Positions 12,886-25,267 of a stretch of DNA of 64,000 nt are shown here, piece after piece; positions within the stretch are counted from its first letter, which is position 1, and the number at the start of each line of letters is the position of its first letter. This DNA comes from Paraphysomonas bandaiensis (lineage: Eukaryota; Protista; Chrysophyceae): NCBI GenBank assembly GCA_965644295.1, contig CBFFRP010000053.1, forward strand, positions 1 to 64,000. Direction: 5' to 3'. Made by a program: the position numbers and the translations under genes. A model generated the notes under the pieces. The model did not search any database. It saw nothing but the letters and a program-made list of their open reading frames with translations, and was not told where the DNA came from.

Positions 12886-14362
12886 TTAAAGCTCATCTAT
12901 TTCCCCTCCATCCACATAATTATCACTCTGACCCTTTTTGTTTTTATGACGCCTTCGCCGAGCATTTTGCTGAGCCCCTTTGCGTCTTCTGTTGGTAGAG
13001 CCCACCCGTGCCATCAGTACTGAATGTGCAACAACACCAATTCGCAAGTCGAATTCGTGTATCTCAGCTTTTATTTGCTGCAGTGCCGATTTCATGCGTA
13101 CGAGAGGTGAGGTGTCGTTCATACCCGAGTCACGGGACTCAAAGGACTCCTTCAGTTCCTCTAACCTCTCCGACACCTCCGCGAGATCATTCGTGAGTTT
13201 AATAACCGACTCATTCGTTCGACCACTTTTAGCTTCAAGCTCTTCAAGTTTGAGCTTAACTTCCTTAAATTCATGACTGAGAGCAGCAAATTGGTTATTC
13301 GTGTAGCGCTCTTTACTGCGAATCTTGTTCAGCTCGTCGGATATTTCTCTATTTATCAATTAAATACACACAGTAAAAAACTATTCATCCTACCTGTTGA
13401 GAGCCTGCAGATCTCCTTCAGTCTCTCCTAGTACCTTCTCAATGTGGCTTTTGCTGGCCACAGTCATGTCCACATGAGCCCTCCACTCGTTGGTCGACAA
13501 CTGCTGCTTCGCTCGTAGCTTCGGTCCAACTCGCTCTAACTCAGTCTTCCAGTGAATGGGGTCCACCTTCATACACATGTAACACATCAAATTTTCAAAG
13601 AATATAAGGTAAGAAAGCTCACCTCTGAGGTATGAATCTGTCTGGCAGAACTGTCTAAAGAAACCTCGCTCATTTCTAGACGTGCATCTTCCTGATAGAG
13701 ATCGTCCTCTTCAACACCCCCATCAACCTCGTCTTCAATGTCGTCTAAAGACGCAGCCACATCATCCTCGGCCATCTCCACCTGAAAGCACAATGTCAGA
13801 GCAATCTATGCACAGTCAAAGAGAAACGTACAATGTCAGCATCGGTGTAGACAGGCTGGGCCCAACGAAAGTTCTTAACACTCAACGCTTTATCAGTGAG
13901 AAAATCCAAAACGCTGCATACAGCTTCGCCGTGAGCAGCTTTTAGCTTCTGTGAAGGGAATGAAAGTCGGCAATCCAACTGACGCAACGCAAGCATGAGC
14001 TTGTTGGCCACTGTATTAGGATCATCATAGGGGTCACGTTTAAACGTTTCTGGATCTCCGCTACAAACGGTACAAAGCCAACCACAAATATCCATAAACT
14101 CATCAAACTGATTACTCATATTTTTTCCCGGAAAAATAAAATGAACTCTGCTGAATGGTTTTCTTCCTCTCTCACCACAATACTCATTTTCATAATTTAA
14201 TATTTTCAATTTTTCCAAAGAATTTTCCCAAAGAACATATAACGGTCCCTGTTATCAATTAGTTTTCAATAATTTATATATATATTCTTTTCTTACCACT
14301 GCCGTTCCAGCTTCTCCTTGATTACTTCGTCTTCCAGCCTCTTCAGTATCATCGTCTGCCAT
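12886..14362 (-). CDS. IFT57: Intraflagellar transport protein 57 (HIPPI), multi-exon
   Basis: EKLKILNYE...YDDPNTVANKLMLALRQL...KLKAAHGEAVCSVLDFLTDKAL; WKTELERVGPKL...EWRAHV; D.SPLVRMKSAL...FDLRIGVVAH. ATG at 14362 (MADDD...). Confidence 0.93.
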
Positions 14363-15039
14363 AGCTGTATTATTACTATCAATATATAGTTAAGAAATGA
14401 TTTAATTTAATTTCTGATAGTAATGTTAATGTTTTCAACCTTATGTGGTTTATATATACAGCTAAAGTATGTTATAATTGCTATTCTATTGCAATGGTAA
14501 TGTATATATATATATATATGGTAACAACTACTTGGTGTACTCATATACATATGAGAGTATTCATATGTACTGTACTTTGATGCCGTTATATACATACATA
14601 TATATAGAGTATGAATATATCGAACTGCTGTATTCAAGTAACTGCTTTTTTGAAACTTGGATTTCGTATAGCCGGTTACGGGAGGAGTTCTACTAACGGA
14701 TTCATGAGATCCGTCAATGAAAACATTGCTGTATTTTTATATAGTGCAGAACTCTCCCAGCCAATTAAAATACGGAGTCTGTAGATCGTGTAATACATAC
14801 ACTACATCCTCTTCCTTGTGGTTTGATGGAGTATGAGCATGATACGATGTCGTACGTATATTGTAGTAGCACGTGTAGAGTGGAGTATACATAGTAAAGT
14901 ACTGTACACTGGACAGCAGTGGTCTTATAATGTGAGGTGATGGCTTCATATATACATACATACATACACGATACATTCATTTCAACACACATCTCTTCCT
15001 ATTAACCATTTCAATACAACAACAAATCAACTTTCCCCT

Positions 15040-15768
15040 ATGAATCCTAATGAATCAACAGAGTCTACAGGCAAATCACGTCGAGCATTACGTACAAAGA
15101 AAAGACGTCGAATACAATCCGAGAATCGACCAGAAATCAATATATCTTCACTCGATCAATTCCCATTTCGCTCACCTAGTTTATTACTAGAGGATGCACA
15201 AATTGTATGTAATCAACTTGGTTATATACCAACCAATCTAGTGGATATAGGGTCCCGTGATACTGAAACAAATGTTCCACAAACTATAGTGTTATATGCT
15301 TTAAATAAGAATGATTCCATTAACGGGAGGTATTCAAAAGGACTTTGGCAACCATTTCCTACAATGATATGGATGTCATGTCCGATTTTAAAATCGAAAA
15401 TATCTAAACTGGAAGGAGAGGGTTATATATCAGAGTTCCAAGAGCGGCTGGTCAATGAGTCAGGTGACCCGTCGCCAACTTCTACCTCAAGTCCATCATA
15501 TTTACGTCAAATGGAAACTGCTCACCGCTTGTATGCAAATGAACGCTGGGATAGATTGACTGACGAAGATAAAGCTATTGTTGAGAGGAATGGATGGAGC
15601 GACTCACTTGGCAGTGAAGTTGGGGTTGCTGGTATCAGGGATTTTAGTAGTGTGAAGTGCCTGCATTGTCATTATGCCCATTTTCTGGCTCGACCAGATC
15701 ATGGAAATATTATTGGTGCCTGGACTGACAGTGTTCTTAAATCCCAAGAAAACACCGAAACTTCCTGA
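15040..15768 (+). CDS. DUF501-family protein, intronless
   Basis: QLG...PFPTMIWMSCP..ISKLE..G, AH..YA.ER, GVAGIR...VKCLHCHYAHFLA...NIIG.W motifs. Confidence 0.85.
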   Translation: MNPNESTESTGKSRRALRTKKRRRIQSENRPEINISSLDQFPFRSPSLLLEDAQIVCNQLGYIPTNLVDIGSRDTETNVPQTIVLYALNKNDSINGRYSKGLWQPFPTMIWMSCPILKSKISKLEGEGYISEFQERLVNESGDPSPTSTSSPSYLRQMETAHRLYANERWDRLTDEDKAIVERNGWSDSLGSEVGVAGIRDFSSVKCLHCHYAHFLARPDHGNIIGAWTDSVLKSQENTETS

Positions 15769-16628
15769 TAGTATTATCGTATAGTGGAATCGCGTTTGAG
15801 TATATATTGGAGCATAATATAAAGTAGTTACCCTGATTATAATAACGAATATAATTCTTTTTGAGAAATAAATACACTATGCTTGCCACAGACAAACGTT
15901 TTGAGAGGCACAACTCAGTATATACAATTGTATATTTTTGCTTAATTGTTTTGTTTGAATGTATATAGTATTAAGTATTAGTATGCTGTATGCTTGTGAA
16001 ATGAAAATGTACATAGTACTTAGTAAAAGTAGTATTGCTGTATGTGGTATTCGTGGTTGTACGAAGTACGAAGTACAAAGGAAGTTTACTTACAAAGTGT
16101 GAAGCTGTGGATCTGTTGTTCAGATACAATTCCATTATATCAGCATGGATGATATACAATATTTAGTATGATACAGTCGATGTTTGACCATGACTGTCTT
16201 GGCTAGTGATGATAGTAATGATTTGGTTCTGTTGATATTTATGTATCATATACAAACGCGTTCAATACATACATACATTCTGCAAGTACTTGTATCTATG
16301 ACATAATCGGAAAGATAACTATTGCACAAATATACTATCCATTTGTTGAGATTCAATTTTTTCGTTCATCAAAGTGAAATCTTAAATATTCATAATGGTC
16401 GACAACAAATCAAGTTGTAAACAAGTGTACATCACTAGCTACATCTTCAGTGCAAACAACGAGAAAATATTCCGAAGGTGCAATTTTCACAACGATTGAA
16501 ACTGGAAACTACAACGACAAATGTGCTGTTTACAATTCCGTTCGATGGATTTATGTACAACATGTTCACAGTATGTGAATGATGACGGCTAGAACATATC
16601 CCGACCCTATGAGAAAACACCGGTGGCA

Positions 16629-18231
16629 CTACGGGATGATGCAATCTGGGTTTTCAGAGTTTATATTTAACTCAGGAGATTTCAGAAAAAGCTCTGTAGA
16701 TTCAACTGTGTCAGAGTCGCTCAGGCTTACGCCTTCTGCTTCCAGCTCGAAGCACTGCGCCGGCAAATCACAGTTGGCGCTAGCCTTCTCCCTACAATAT
16801 CCATGAATTAAGAGCGCAGTTCAAATAGCACAGCACGCTACAAATACCACTCACTTGATGCTGGCTATAGTTGTGCTTCTATCAATATCTGCTCGTAAGA
16901 AAAACTTGCAAGGGTGTGGCATACTCAGTTGTAGTCGCCACGGCTCAGGAATGCGAGCTTGCTTCACACCTCCAGCGGACCCCACAGGGAGTCTACAAGA
17001 AAAACTCTGATTAATCTGTATAACACGCGCGGGATAGTAATGAGAACCTTGTCTCCAGACCAGAGGGGATAGTATGCCATGCTCGCAGCGGTTGCCACTC
17101 GTAGGATGGGATGAACTCCTCAGGGTGCCTCACCTCCACCTCTCCACTACGCTCGCTCTCCTTGTAGTACCGATGGGGCTCTCTCTTCGACCGTAGGCCC
17201 ACAGTAAATGTGTGTTTTCCCACTTCTAGACCCCGCATAGAAAAGTGCAGTGCGTCACTCGCGGCAACACAGTATTTTAAAGGGTTCTCTGATGCCGAGT
17301 GAAAGTAGAAAGTAAGACAGCAGTCAAGATGGCCCAGCGACCACGGATAGGCTGGGGAAACTTCCACAGATACAGGAAGATGAGCCTCTTCCACAGTACC
17401 ACCTTCCGCTGGGACGCCAAATTCTAGCACCGGTACTGGAAGAGACACTGAGGGAAGAGCGTCCTGAAGGCGAATTATCTCCACCTCAGTACTACAGGAA
17501 GACGACGGAAACGGGGTTTTGGGCCCACCACGCTGCTGAAGCTCGGCTAGCACGTTGTACTTGCCACTGGGAACGCTGTAAAGAGTAATGGCTGGTTGGT
17601 TACTAGGAATACAAGTGCGCTCCAAAACAGCACCAGAGCCGTCGAAGTGGTTCACCTAAACCAGATATCAACTTGTGACGATGTTCACAATATATCATAC
17701 CTGAATACAGATATCTAATTCCCTATTGATTGGGCTATTCGTTAATTCTATATCTACCGGTACATCAGACGCATCTGTCGCACCATTTGCAAGAAACTGT
17801 AGACGGGGTGGGAGGCGAAGTGAAGGTAGTGCCTCTTCCATGGTGAGCACGTGGAAAGTAGATACCACGCGACTCTCTTCTATGTATGAGTTACCAGATG
17901 ACTGAGAGTTGTTACTCAGCACAACATGTAAATTGTATTTGCCCGGATTCAAGTTTGACACAGTGAATGAGTTATGGGTGGTGTCAAGGCACTGCTCAGG
18001 GAACACAGTCGTATCTTCTAGCAACAGTGATAAACATGCCTTGTAATCACCGCCTCTGTCATCAACAATAAAGTTGACAGGTATATCAGCATGATTTTGA
18101 GGTGGAATAACTGCTACACTAGATGAATGACGAGGATTTATAAGCTCTAATGTAGGTAAATTATCATTGATAACAATCACTCCTTGTGATGCAATTATAC
18201 TCAATAGCCATATTGACAGAACACGAAACAT
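16629..18231 (-). CDS. Secreted protein: Ig-like/beta-rich repeats, SIL1-N-like motif and possible C-terminal ubiquitin-like domain; 4 exons
   Basis: Signal peptide MFRVLSIWLLSIIASQG. Repeated C...GKY.LHV-type units. EEFIPSYEWQPLRAWHTIPSGLETRL. Last exon ends ...NPDCIIP* at 16629. Confidence 0.65.
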
Positions 18232-18522
18232 AATGATCAAATGCAAATTATATTCAGAACTGATAGTCTTAATCTCAATACGTATACAATAATAGCAGAA
18301 ATTATCTCTAATATATATGCATTATGTATGGATCTGATAGTATTCCCTCCGAATGAGAACATTGATATGTACACTTGGAGGTGTATGATGCATGCTGTAC
18401 TATGTATATATAGTGCGGTTGTACGTATTCAAATAGAATGTTTTCCGTTGCAAAGGTACTACAAGACTGTAGTAGAGAATTCTGTAAATTCTTTTATACG
18501 TACCTATCTATATGAGTACTTG

Positions 18523-18627
18523 CATACATACATACATACATACATACATACATACATACATACATACATACATACATACATACATACATACATACATACA
18601 TACATACATACATACATACATACATAC
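18523..18627 (+). repeat. (CATA)n microsatellite in a divergent intergenic region
   Basis: Read directly. Confidence 0.97.
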
Positions 18628-18750
18628 TACACCATACGAGGCGTACAACATCTAGACATGTAGGAACATATTTGTGCTTCTGTTCCACTCGTTCAAAGGG
18701 TTAGTTGATCTGATACATTACCACATATTATTATTCTCCGATTAGTGATA

Positions 18751-19689
18751 ATGTCGTCTCCAACTGTAACATCGAATATCATCATGGTTCGTCCAGCTCA
18801 GTTCAGAAGTAATGAACAGACAGCAGTAAATAATTACTTTCAGAGTACTGTAAACTCATCCGTGGAATCAGTACTGAGCAATGCTCTGAAGGAATTCGAC
18901 AATTTCGTTATCAAGCTCCAGAGTGTTGGTGTTAATGTCCTTGTTATTCAGGACACTGAAGATACAGACACTCCAGATGCAGTATTTCCTAATAATTGGA
19001 TTTCATTCCACTCTGATGGAACTGTATGTTTGTACCCTATGTTTGCCGTAAACAGACGAATAGAAAGAAGGCCTGATATATTTGATATTGTTAGGACCAA
19101 TGGATTTACAGTGACTAAAACTGTAGATTACAGTGAATTTGAAGATAAGAGTAAATTTTTAGAGGGGACTGGAAGCCTAATACTAGATCGAGTAAACAAA
19201 GTAGCATACTGTGCACTCTCGGCGAGGTCTGATTCCGAGCTTTTGGCAAAGTTTTGCAATGATTTTAATTATAAATGTGTTGCCTTTACTGCTTATCAGT
19301 CTGCTGGTGGCGATCGTCTAGTGATATATCACACCAATGTGATGATGGCAGTATGTGAAACGTTCGCTGTTATATGCCTAGATTGCATCGATGATGTTTC
19401 CGAGAGGACTGCCGTTGAAAACTCACTTCGAAACACAGGGAAGGAGATTATTGCTATATCTGAGGATCAGGTGAAATTATTCGCTGGGAACATGCTGCAA
19501 GTGGTGGGGGAATGCGACAAAAGGTTTCTAGTGATGAGTTCTACAGCATATCAATCGCTTACTGATGAGCAAATCGCCGCAATCACTCGACATTGCGATA
19601 TTGTTCACTCTGACATCGGGACTATAGAGACGTGCGGTGGGGGTAGTGCTAGGTGCATGATGGCTGAGGTGTACCTTCCCAAGAACTGA
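18751..19689 (+). CDS. ctlX: Amidinotransferase-superfamily hydrolase (CtlX-like citrulline utilization hydrolase), intronless
   Basis: MVRPAQFRSNEQTAVNNYFQ, DTPDAVFPNNWISFH, LYPMFA.NRR.ERR, FLEGTGSLILDR, IYHTNVMM, FAGNMLQV, catalytic GGGSARCMMAE. Confidence 0.9.
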   Translation: MSSPTVTSNIIMVRPAQFRSNEQTAVNNYFQSTVNSSVESVLSNALKEFDNFVIKLQSVGVNVLVIQDTEDTDTPDAVFPNNWISFHSDGTVCLYPMFAVNRRIERRPDIFDIVRTNGFTVTKTVDYSEFEDKSKFLEGTGSLILDRVNKVAYCALSARSDSELLAKFCNDFNYKCVAFTAYQSAGGDRLVIYHTNVMMAVCETFAVICLDCIDDVSERTAVENSLRNTGKEIIAISEDQVKLFAGNMLQVVGECDKRFLVMSSTAYQSLTDEQIAAITRHCDIVHSDIGTIETCGGGSARCMMAEVYLPKN

Positions 19690-20136
19690 GGGAGCGACAT
19701 CGTGTATGGAGGGACGTGTGCTGTTTTGCTGGCTGTGCTCATCGTGCAGATAACAGTACACATCCTACCGCAGAGTTAGATAGTGACTACAGCAGAACGT
19801 ACGAGTTAGAATAAAGTATTCTACAAAGCTGGTCATCATTTTTGAAAAAACAATAATAATACAGTTATTATTATTTGAATTTATTTTCTGGCTTGTACTC
19901 TTTATATGTCTTTTGTGTGTATTGGCATCTTGCATGCTGATTGTAGAGCAGGAGCAACTATAAACTATCCGACACTAAGAAATTGTGGAATTATGGTTCC
20001 GAGAGGGATGCTTGTATTCAAAGAACTGGCACGATAATTTAAAAGAACATATATTCTAAATATAGAAATGTAGCAAGAAAAAGCAAAGTTTATACAAGAA
20101 TACAAGAATCAATACTGTACAACATATTATACTCAG

Positions 20137-20998
20137 CTAGATATCTCTATTAAGCATACGTATGCCGGCAAGAGCAGCTGCAACCGCAGTTTCAGTCCTA
20201 AGAACGGTATCGCTCAAAGTTACGGCGTGTATATTGGCCACCTGGCTAAGAGTTTTCAGCTCCCCATCTGTGTATCCCCCCTCTGGACCGACCATTATTC
20301 CAAGAGAAGATGGACGTGTACTCAACAGATTGGAAGCACATGACAGGATATTCTGCACTGAAGTATCAGCCCGCTCCCGACAAAGTAACACTGGGTCGCC
20401 ACCCATTCCTGATTGCAGAATCTCTCCCAGCGAAATCGGGTCCTCCACCAACGGCACTGTGAGACGCTCGGACTGCTCCGCACCACTGACAGCCAAAGGC
20501 CGCATCGCACTAGCCGTAAAACTATGATTCGTATTCTGAAATACAACTGGCACAATACGAGACACACCGAGTTCGGTTGCCATCTCTATCAATCGCTTCA
20601 TATTAGTTTTTCGGATAGGAGACACGTACAAATTCGTACACAATGACGACGACTTATGCGGTAATCTCAACTGTTTTATAGCACTAACTGATATACACAT
20701 GCTATCTTTATCCCTACGGCGCGAATTACCACTATTTATACTCTCCACCTGAAACAAGTACTCCCCATTTTCACTTCACAAGAGGAATATTTAGATCATA
20801 AAATTCAAACAAGAAGCGTAGATACCTATTGAATCCACGAAACATACTTCCAGGTTTCAATCTCATAACATTCACCAAATGGTGAGAGTTGATAGGGTTG
20901 AGCAATACTGTAGAATCAAGCGCTATGTTCGTGTCAATATATACTCTAGATAACTTGTGAGGGATACGAGGCAACTGACGTATCAAATTATTTGCCAT
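20137..20998 (-). CDS. rsmE: RsmE-family rRNA m3U methyltransferase (SPOUT), 2 exons, probably organellar
   Basis: HHLVNVMRLKPG..FRGFN, IEMATELGVSRIVP, AEQSERLTVP, IMVGPEGGYT..E, LSDTVLRTETA. Confidence 0.9.
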
Positions 20999-21432
20999 TC
21001 TTATAGTAGTATGTGTCGTATGAATACTTGAATTATTGCATGAGATCAATGACAATATGCAGTAATTGTTAGGATATCACTGTAAGATGATATATTTGCA
21101 TTAATAAGCTAGAGGCTTCAGCATATCACATATACATGTAGAGGCAAGGACATGTTTCGATCTATGTACTTGTACATGATGAAGATGTACCTCTAGCTTT
21201 ATGTGCTGCAGTACATGTATATATGGGGTATGACGTATATAGAAAGCTGTACTTATCGATCTGCGTACTTATGTAGGTTGACGGTATGTACCTCTGTCTT
21301 ATGAGTGTCTGTCTATCGATAGATGTGTGGATGACTGTAAACACATATGCTTGTATTGACTCCCTCCATTAACCTAATCAACTCCACAACCTTCTATTAT
21401 CGTATGCAATATACTCCCAATTGATCAACAAT

Positions 21433-22830
21433 ATGGATAGTATTCCAGAACACTTCCCTGATGATGAATTACTCACCATAACCCACACCAGTACTGTTAC
21501 CACTGATCCATCTAGTAATAGTAATACATATCATAAATATTATCCATCTATTGGATTATTACTTAAACTATATAAAGGATTAAAACGATTATGGAAAAGG
21601 GGTCGAATGATAAGACCAGAGGATAATGGAGAAACATTATTATATATATTATGGGAGCACTATAGAGCCCCCCATGAACATGTTTGCTCCGAATATTGGA
21701 CTCCCAATCAACTCTTTTCTACTGCCATTCATTTAAATCGACGATGTAGAGAAATATCTCCTCTTATATGTCGTGATCTAGACCATCACTTGCTTCTACC
21801 CCCAACTCATGATGGAGAAGTTGTGACATTCGAACCATCATTTCTAAGTAAGGTCGAAAGTTATCTAAAGTCGTTGGAACGCCCACCTGGAACTTTTGAT
21901 GCCCCAGATGAAGTTAAAAAGGATTGTGATAGCTACGATGGGGAGTGTTCTGAGCTAATAAAACGACTTGCTGCACTCCCAAGAGAAGCGTGTCCCAAAT
22001 GTGGTGGGCAACGACAAGTGTATTGTGGTGAATGTGGAGGATTGCGCATGCCAAGTGCCTCTCCTCTTTTACCTCCTCGAGTGTCCTTGCCTTTTCGCGT
22101 TCATTTGCTTTTGCACTGGTAGGCCGATCTCCGATTGTACATTGTAAAGTAATGTCTTTTTGTTAGGCGGGAGTCACTACATAAATGCACCGGGATTCAT
22201 GCGGCGGTCCTGTGCGAGGAGGATACAATTTCCTACTCCCGTTGGCGGAAAGATGGGGAAGAATCCATATCGGAGTGTCCTTGGGAGGAGGTCGTACGGT
22301 CATTTGACGCTGAGAGAGATTTGCTCGTCTATCCCACTGAAGAAGCTATTCCTGCGGATAAATTTCCATGGTCTTCTGACCCTTCATCACCTACTTCTTC
22401 CGTTCCATGGCGTCTGGTACTATTGGAAGGATCTTGGGAAGGTGCCAAAACTATGGCTCGGCGCATTATTTCCCTCCGTAGTGAGCTGTCCCTACCACCA
22501 CTTCGTTGCATCTCATTGCAAGGTGGGGTTACGGGCAGATACTGGCGACTGCAGCATATGGGCGCCTCAGCGGTTTCTACAATTGAAGCACTGGCGCACG
22601 TAGCTGATGTCGCCGCCCGTAGTGTGGACACAGAATCTAGTCCTTGTCACCTTCTTGACGCAATGCTGCTCCTCTTCAATCTGCAGCGGTACAGGGTATT
22701 CGAAAATGTTAAGGGAGGGGCACGGGTGCCACTTGCTATGGCAGCATCGAATAGTAGTGACTTTGAGACGTCATGGGCAGCGAGTATTAGAAGACACGGG
22801 TCTGTGGTGGATCAAGGAGGTGTATTATGA
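21433..22830 (+). CDS. DTW-domain tRNA-uridine aminocarboxypropyltransferase-like protein (DTWD1-like), 2 exons
   Basis: CPKC...YCGEC zinc motif, ESLHKCTGIHAAVL, LVYP, LLEGSW (DTW-equivalent), RYWR, VSTIEAL. Intron about 22120-22166. Confidence 0.82.
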
Positions 22831-23240
22831 CGTTTATGGAGTGGATTCACTGGTTGAAAATATTTTTGTATATTATGTTTAAAATAGTAAATGAATAATA
22901 TATTTTGCCTTATTAGCAGTCTTGATCGTTTAACAGGACATATAAGCAGGCGTCATTGATACCACATATATAAGAAACATTAATCTTCACGTATCCTATG
23001 TGATACATATATAATTTGCCATTTCACAACTATGCAATAATGTAAAAATTACTGTGAAATGCAACGATAAGTATAGAGAGCCAAAATACACTTAATCCAT
23101 GCACTGAACAAACAATGCACGGACGTGATGTGAAAAACGTAGCGCTATTCCTATAATGGCTGCCGTAAGTACAGCATTTGTCAAAATATAACACTGTAAT
23201 CTGGATACAGCACTCATCCATGCGGCGTCATTTTGAGCTG

Positions 23241-24800
23241 CTACTCGGAGTTGTGTACAACAGTATGCAGACAACGCATGTATTGAGGAGGCAAATCCTG
23301 GAACGATATCGAGTGATTCGAACAGCAGTCCAGTCCTGTCCTGTAATCTGTAACCTGAACTTTGAATTCAGAGTTATTGGGGCTAAAAGCCTCCGTAGGT
23401 GGAAAGGGATGGAAAAGATGGAGACCAGAATCGGGGTCGCGTGAATCTTTGGTCCGCACTCCAGCATGCATCAGACACCGGGCCACCATCACATCCTCCA
23501 TGGAGGTGTGAACATGCACAAGGCACTCGTTGGGATAATTAGATAGCAGGTCATACAGCATAATGACCGCAACTTTATTGAGCACATACCCTCCCCCACC
23601 GTGGTAGAACTTCAGAAATTCGTTTTGTTTCATTTCCCTACCAACAAACACTGGCTGTAGTCCTTCACCGTCGTCTAATGTATACAGGTAGGCTCGTAGG
23701 TTATGCACGTGGACATAAAGATCATCCCCACCAAGTAGGAAGTAATCGTACTCATCAATGAGTTGAGATTGAGCGACCATCGACCATATCAACTGCGCCT
23801 TTACAGACATAGAATTATAAGATTCCTGCCAATGCGGAATGGGAGGAGCTAAAGCAACCACGGGTAACATCGGCGCTGATGCGTTGCTTATGGCCAGATA
23901 ACCGTCACAATCTCGCCCCCAAGTGTGTGTGATACTTTCTACATATCCGTGCCGAGGCTCGAATGTATAGCTCATACAAAGAACGCGAGCATGACGGGTA
24001 GTTGATTTCATTGGGGCGGAAGATACTCTAGACGCCACCTTTGCGCCATCGATTCCAAACATTCGCTCTATATCGCACAATTCATAATCCCCTTTTTTCT
24101 GACCTGCTGTCTGACTTGCTAACGATGATAGATATCCCGAAACTTCATCGCAAATATTGCCTCTTCGTCTCCAGGAGTGCCCACGAGCCACTTTACATGT
24201 ATCCCCTGACAATGAGGCCTCGTTGCACAAAGTATGCCTAATATGCGTCTCTGCCCGTTCGAAGGATATTGCGCCTGTCACATTTAGCAGACGTTTAACA
24301 GTAAAATCTCCCTCAAAAACGACGGCATCAGGAAAAGGTGCTATGAGAGGAGGGTTTGGTATAACATGTAAAAGAGAACGTATAAACCCAAAACTCTCCA
24401 TCCCTACATTAGTGTCTGCAATGATGAGGTCTGCAGCCGTGAGTATAGCAGCAGCAGTATCTAGCCCCCCTAGATCAAATCCATCTTTCCAGGATGGCTG
24501 TAGTAAATGCAATCTCATTCCTTCTAAATCATTGTTTAGATGAGACCATTTTATAGGTTCATTTAATGCATCAATTCGAACTACTGTCACAGAAGGACAA
24601 AAGTTTGTTAAATCTATATGTGATTGAGATAAGAGTGTGAATGAAACTTCATCAGATGTAGTTGAACACATTAACTTGTATAATATAGGAGTAGAGAGGG
24701 AGGGAATCATGGGTGTGATGATGGCTATATTCAGAGGTATGGAGCTGCAGATATGTATAGTATACCATAGTGTTAGTAGGAGCAGTAGAGCTCGTGCCAT
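23241..24800 (-). CDS. GT31 beta-1,3-galactosyltransferase (C1GALT1/Fringe-like), intronless
   Basis: Signal peptide; TWGRDCD, YDYFLLGGDDLYVHVHNLRAYL, GGGGYVL, EDVMVARCL, CCSNHSISF. Confidence 0.85.
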   Translation of the reverse strand: MARALLLLLTLWYTIHICSSIPLNIAIITPMIPSLSTPILYKLMCSTTSDEVSFTLLSQSHIDLTNFCPSVTVVRIDALNEPIKWSHLNNDLEGMRLHLLQPSWKDGFDLGGLDTAAAILTAADLIIADTNVGMESFGFIRSLLHVIPNPPLIAPFPDAVVFEGDFTVKRLLNVTGAISFERAETHIRHTLCNEASLSGDTCKVARGHSWRRRGNICDEVSGYLSSLASQTAGQKKGDYELCDIERMFGIDGAKVASRVSSAPMKSTTRHARVLCMSYTFEPRHGYVESITHTWGRDCDGYLAISNASAPMLPVVALAPPIPHWQESYNSMSVKAQLIWSMVAQSQLIDEYDYFLLGGDDLYVHVHNLRAYLYTLDDGEGLQPVFVGREMKQNEFLKFYHGGGGYVLNKVAVIMLYDLLSNYPNECLVHVHTSMEDVMVARCLMHAGVRTKDSRDPDSGLHLFHPFPPTEAFSPNNSEFKVQVTDYRTGLDCCSNHSISFQDLPPQYMRCLHTVVHNSE

Positions 24801-24949
24801 AGTTTATTATATATGAAAGTAGATGATATTAAGGTATGTGTTGCTTATGCATCTTTGCTTAAAGAGATTCATGGATATACACAACAGTACCTGCCTATAC
24901 AGTACATATATACCTATGTGCATACATACAATACATACCTACGTACAGC

Positions 24950-25026
24950 AGTACATACATACATACCTACATACATACATACCTACGTACATACATACAT
25001 ACATACATACATACATACATACATAC
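24950..25026 (+). repeat. Imperfect (CATA)n microsatellite in a divergent intergenic region
   Basis: Read directly. Confidence 0.9.
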
Positions 25027-25267
25027 ACTCATCGACGTTGATAATATATGAAGGACGGTTTCCAACACAAAACAAACACTTCATAAAAAAAGTTCATCAC
25101 AAGGACAGAGACACACACACACACACCATCTCAGCGGTCTTCATATAATAACAACGTAACTAACATACTTATAATAGAAACCTTCCACTTATACTCATAT
25201 ACTATTAACAATGCTGATTAATCCTTAAAGCTACTGCTTATAAGTGCAAGTGGCCCGGATGTCAGCC

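Noticed and set aside
18745-20998. Bacterial contamination or chimeric contig (ctlX, rsmE, DUF501)
   Set aside because: rsmE has a spliceosomal intron, and all three genes are interleaved with intron-containing eukaryotic genes and host microsatellites.
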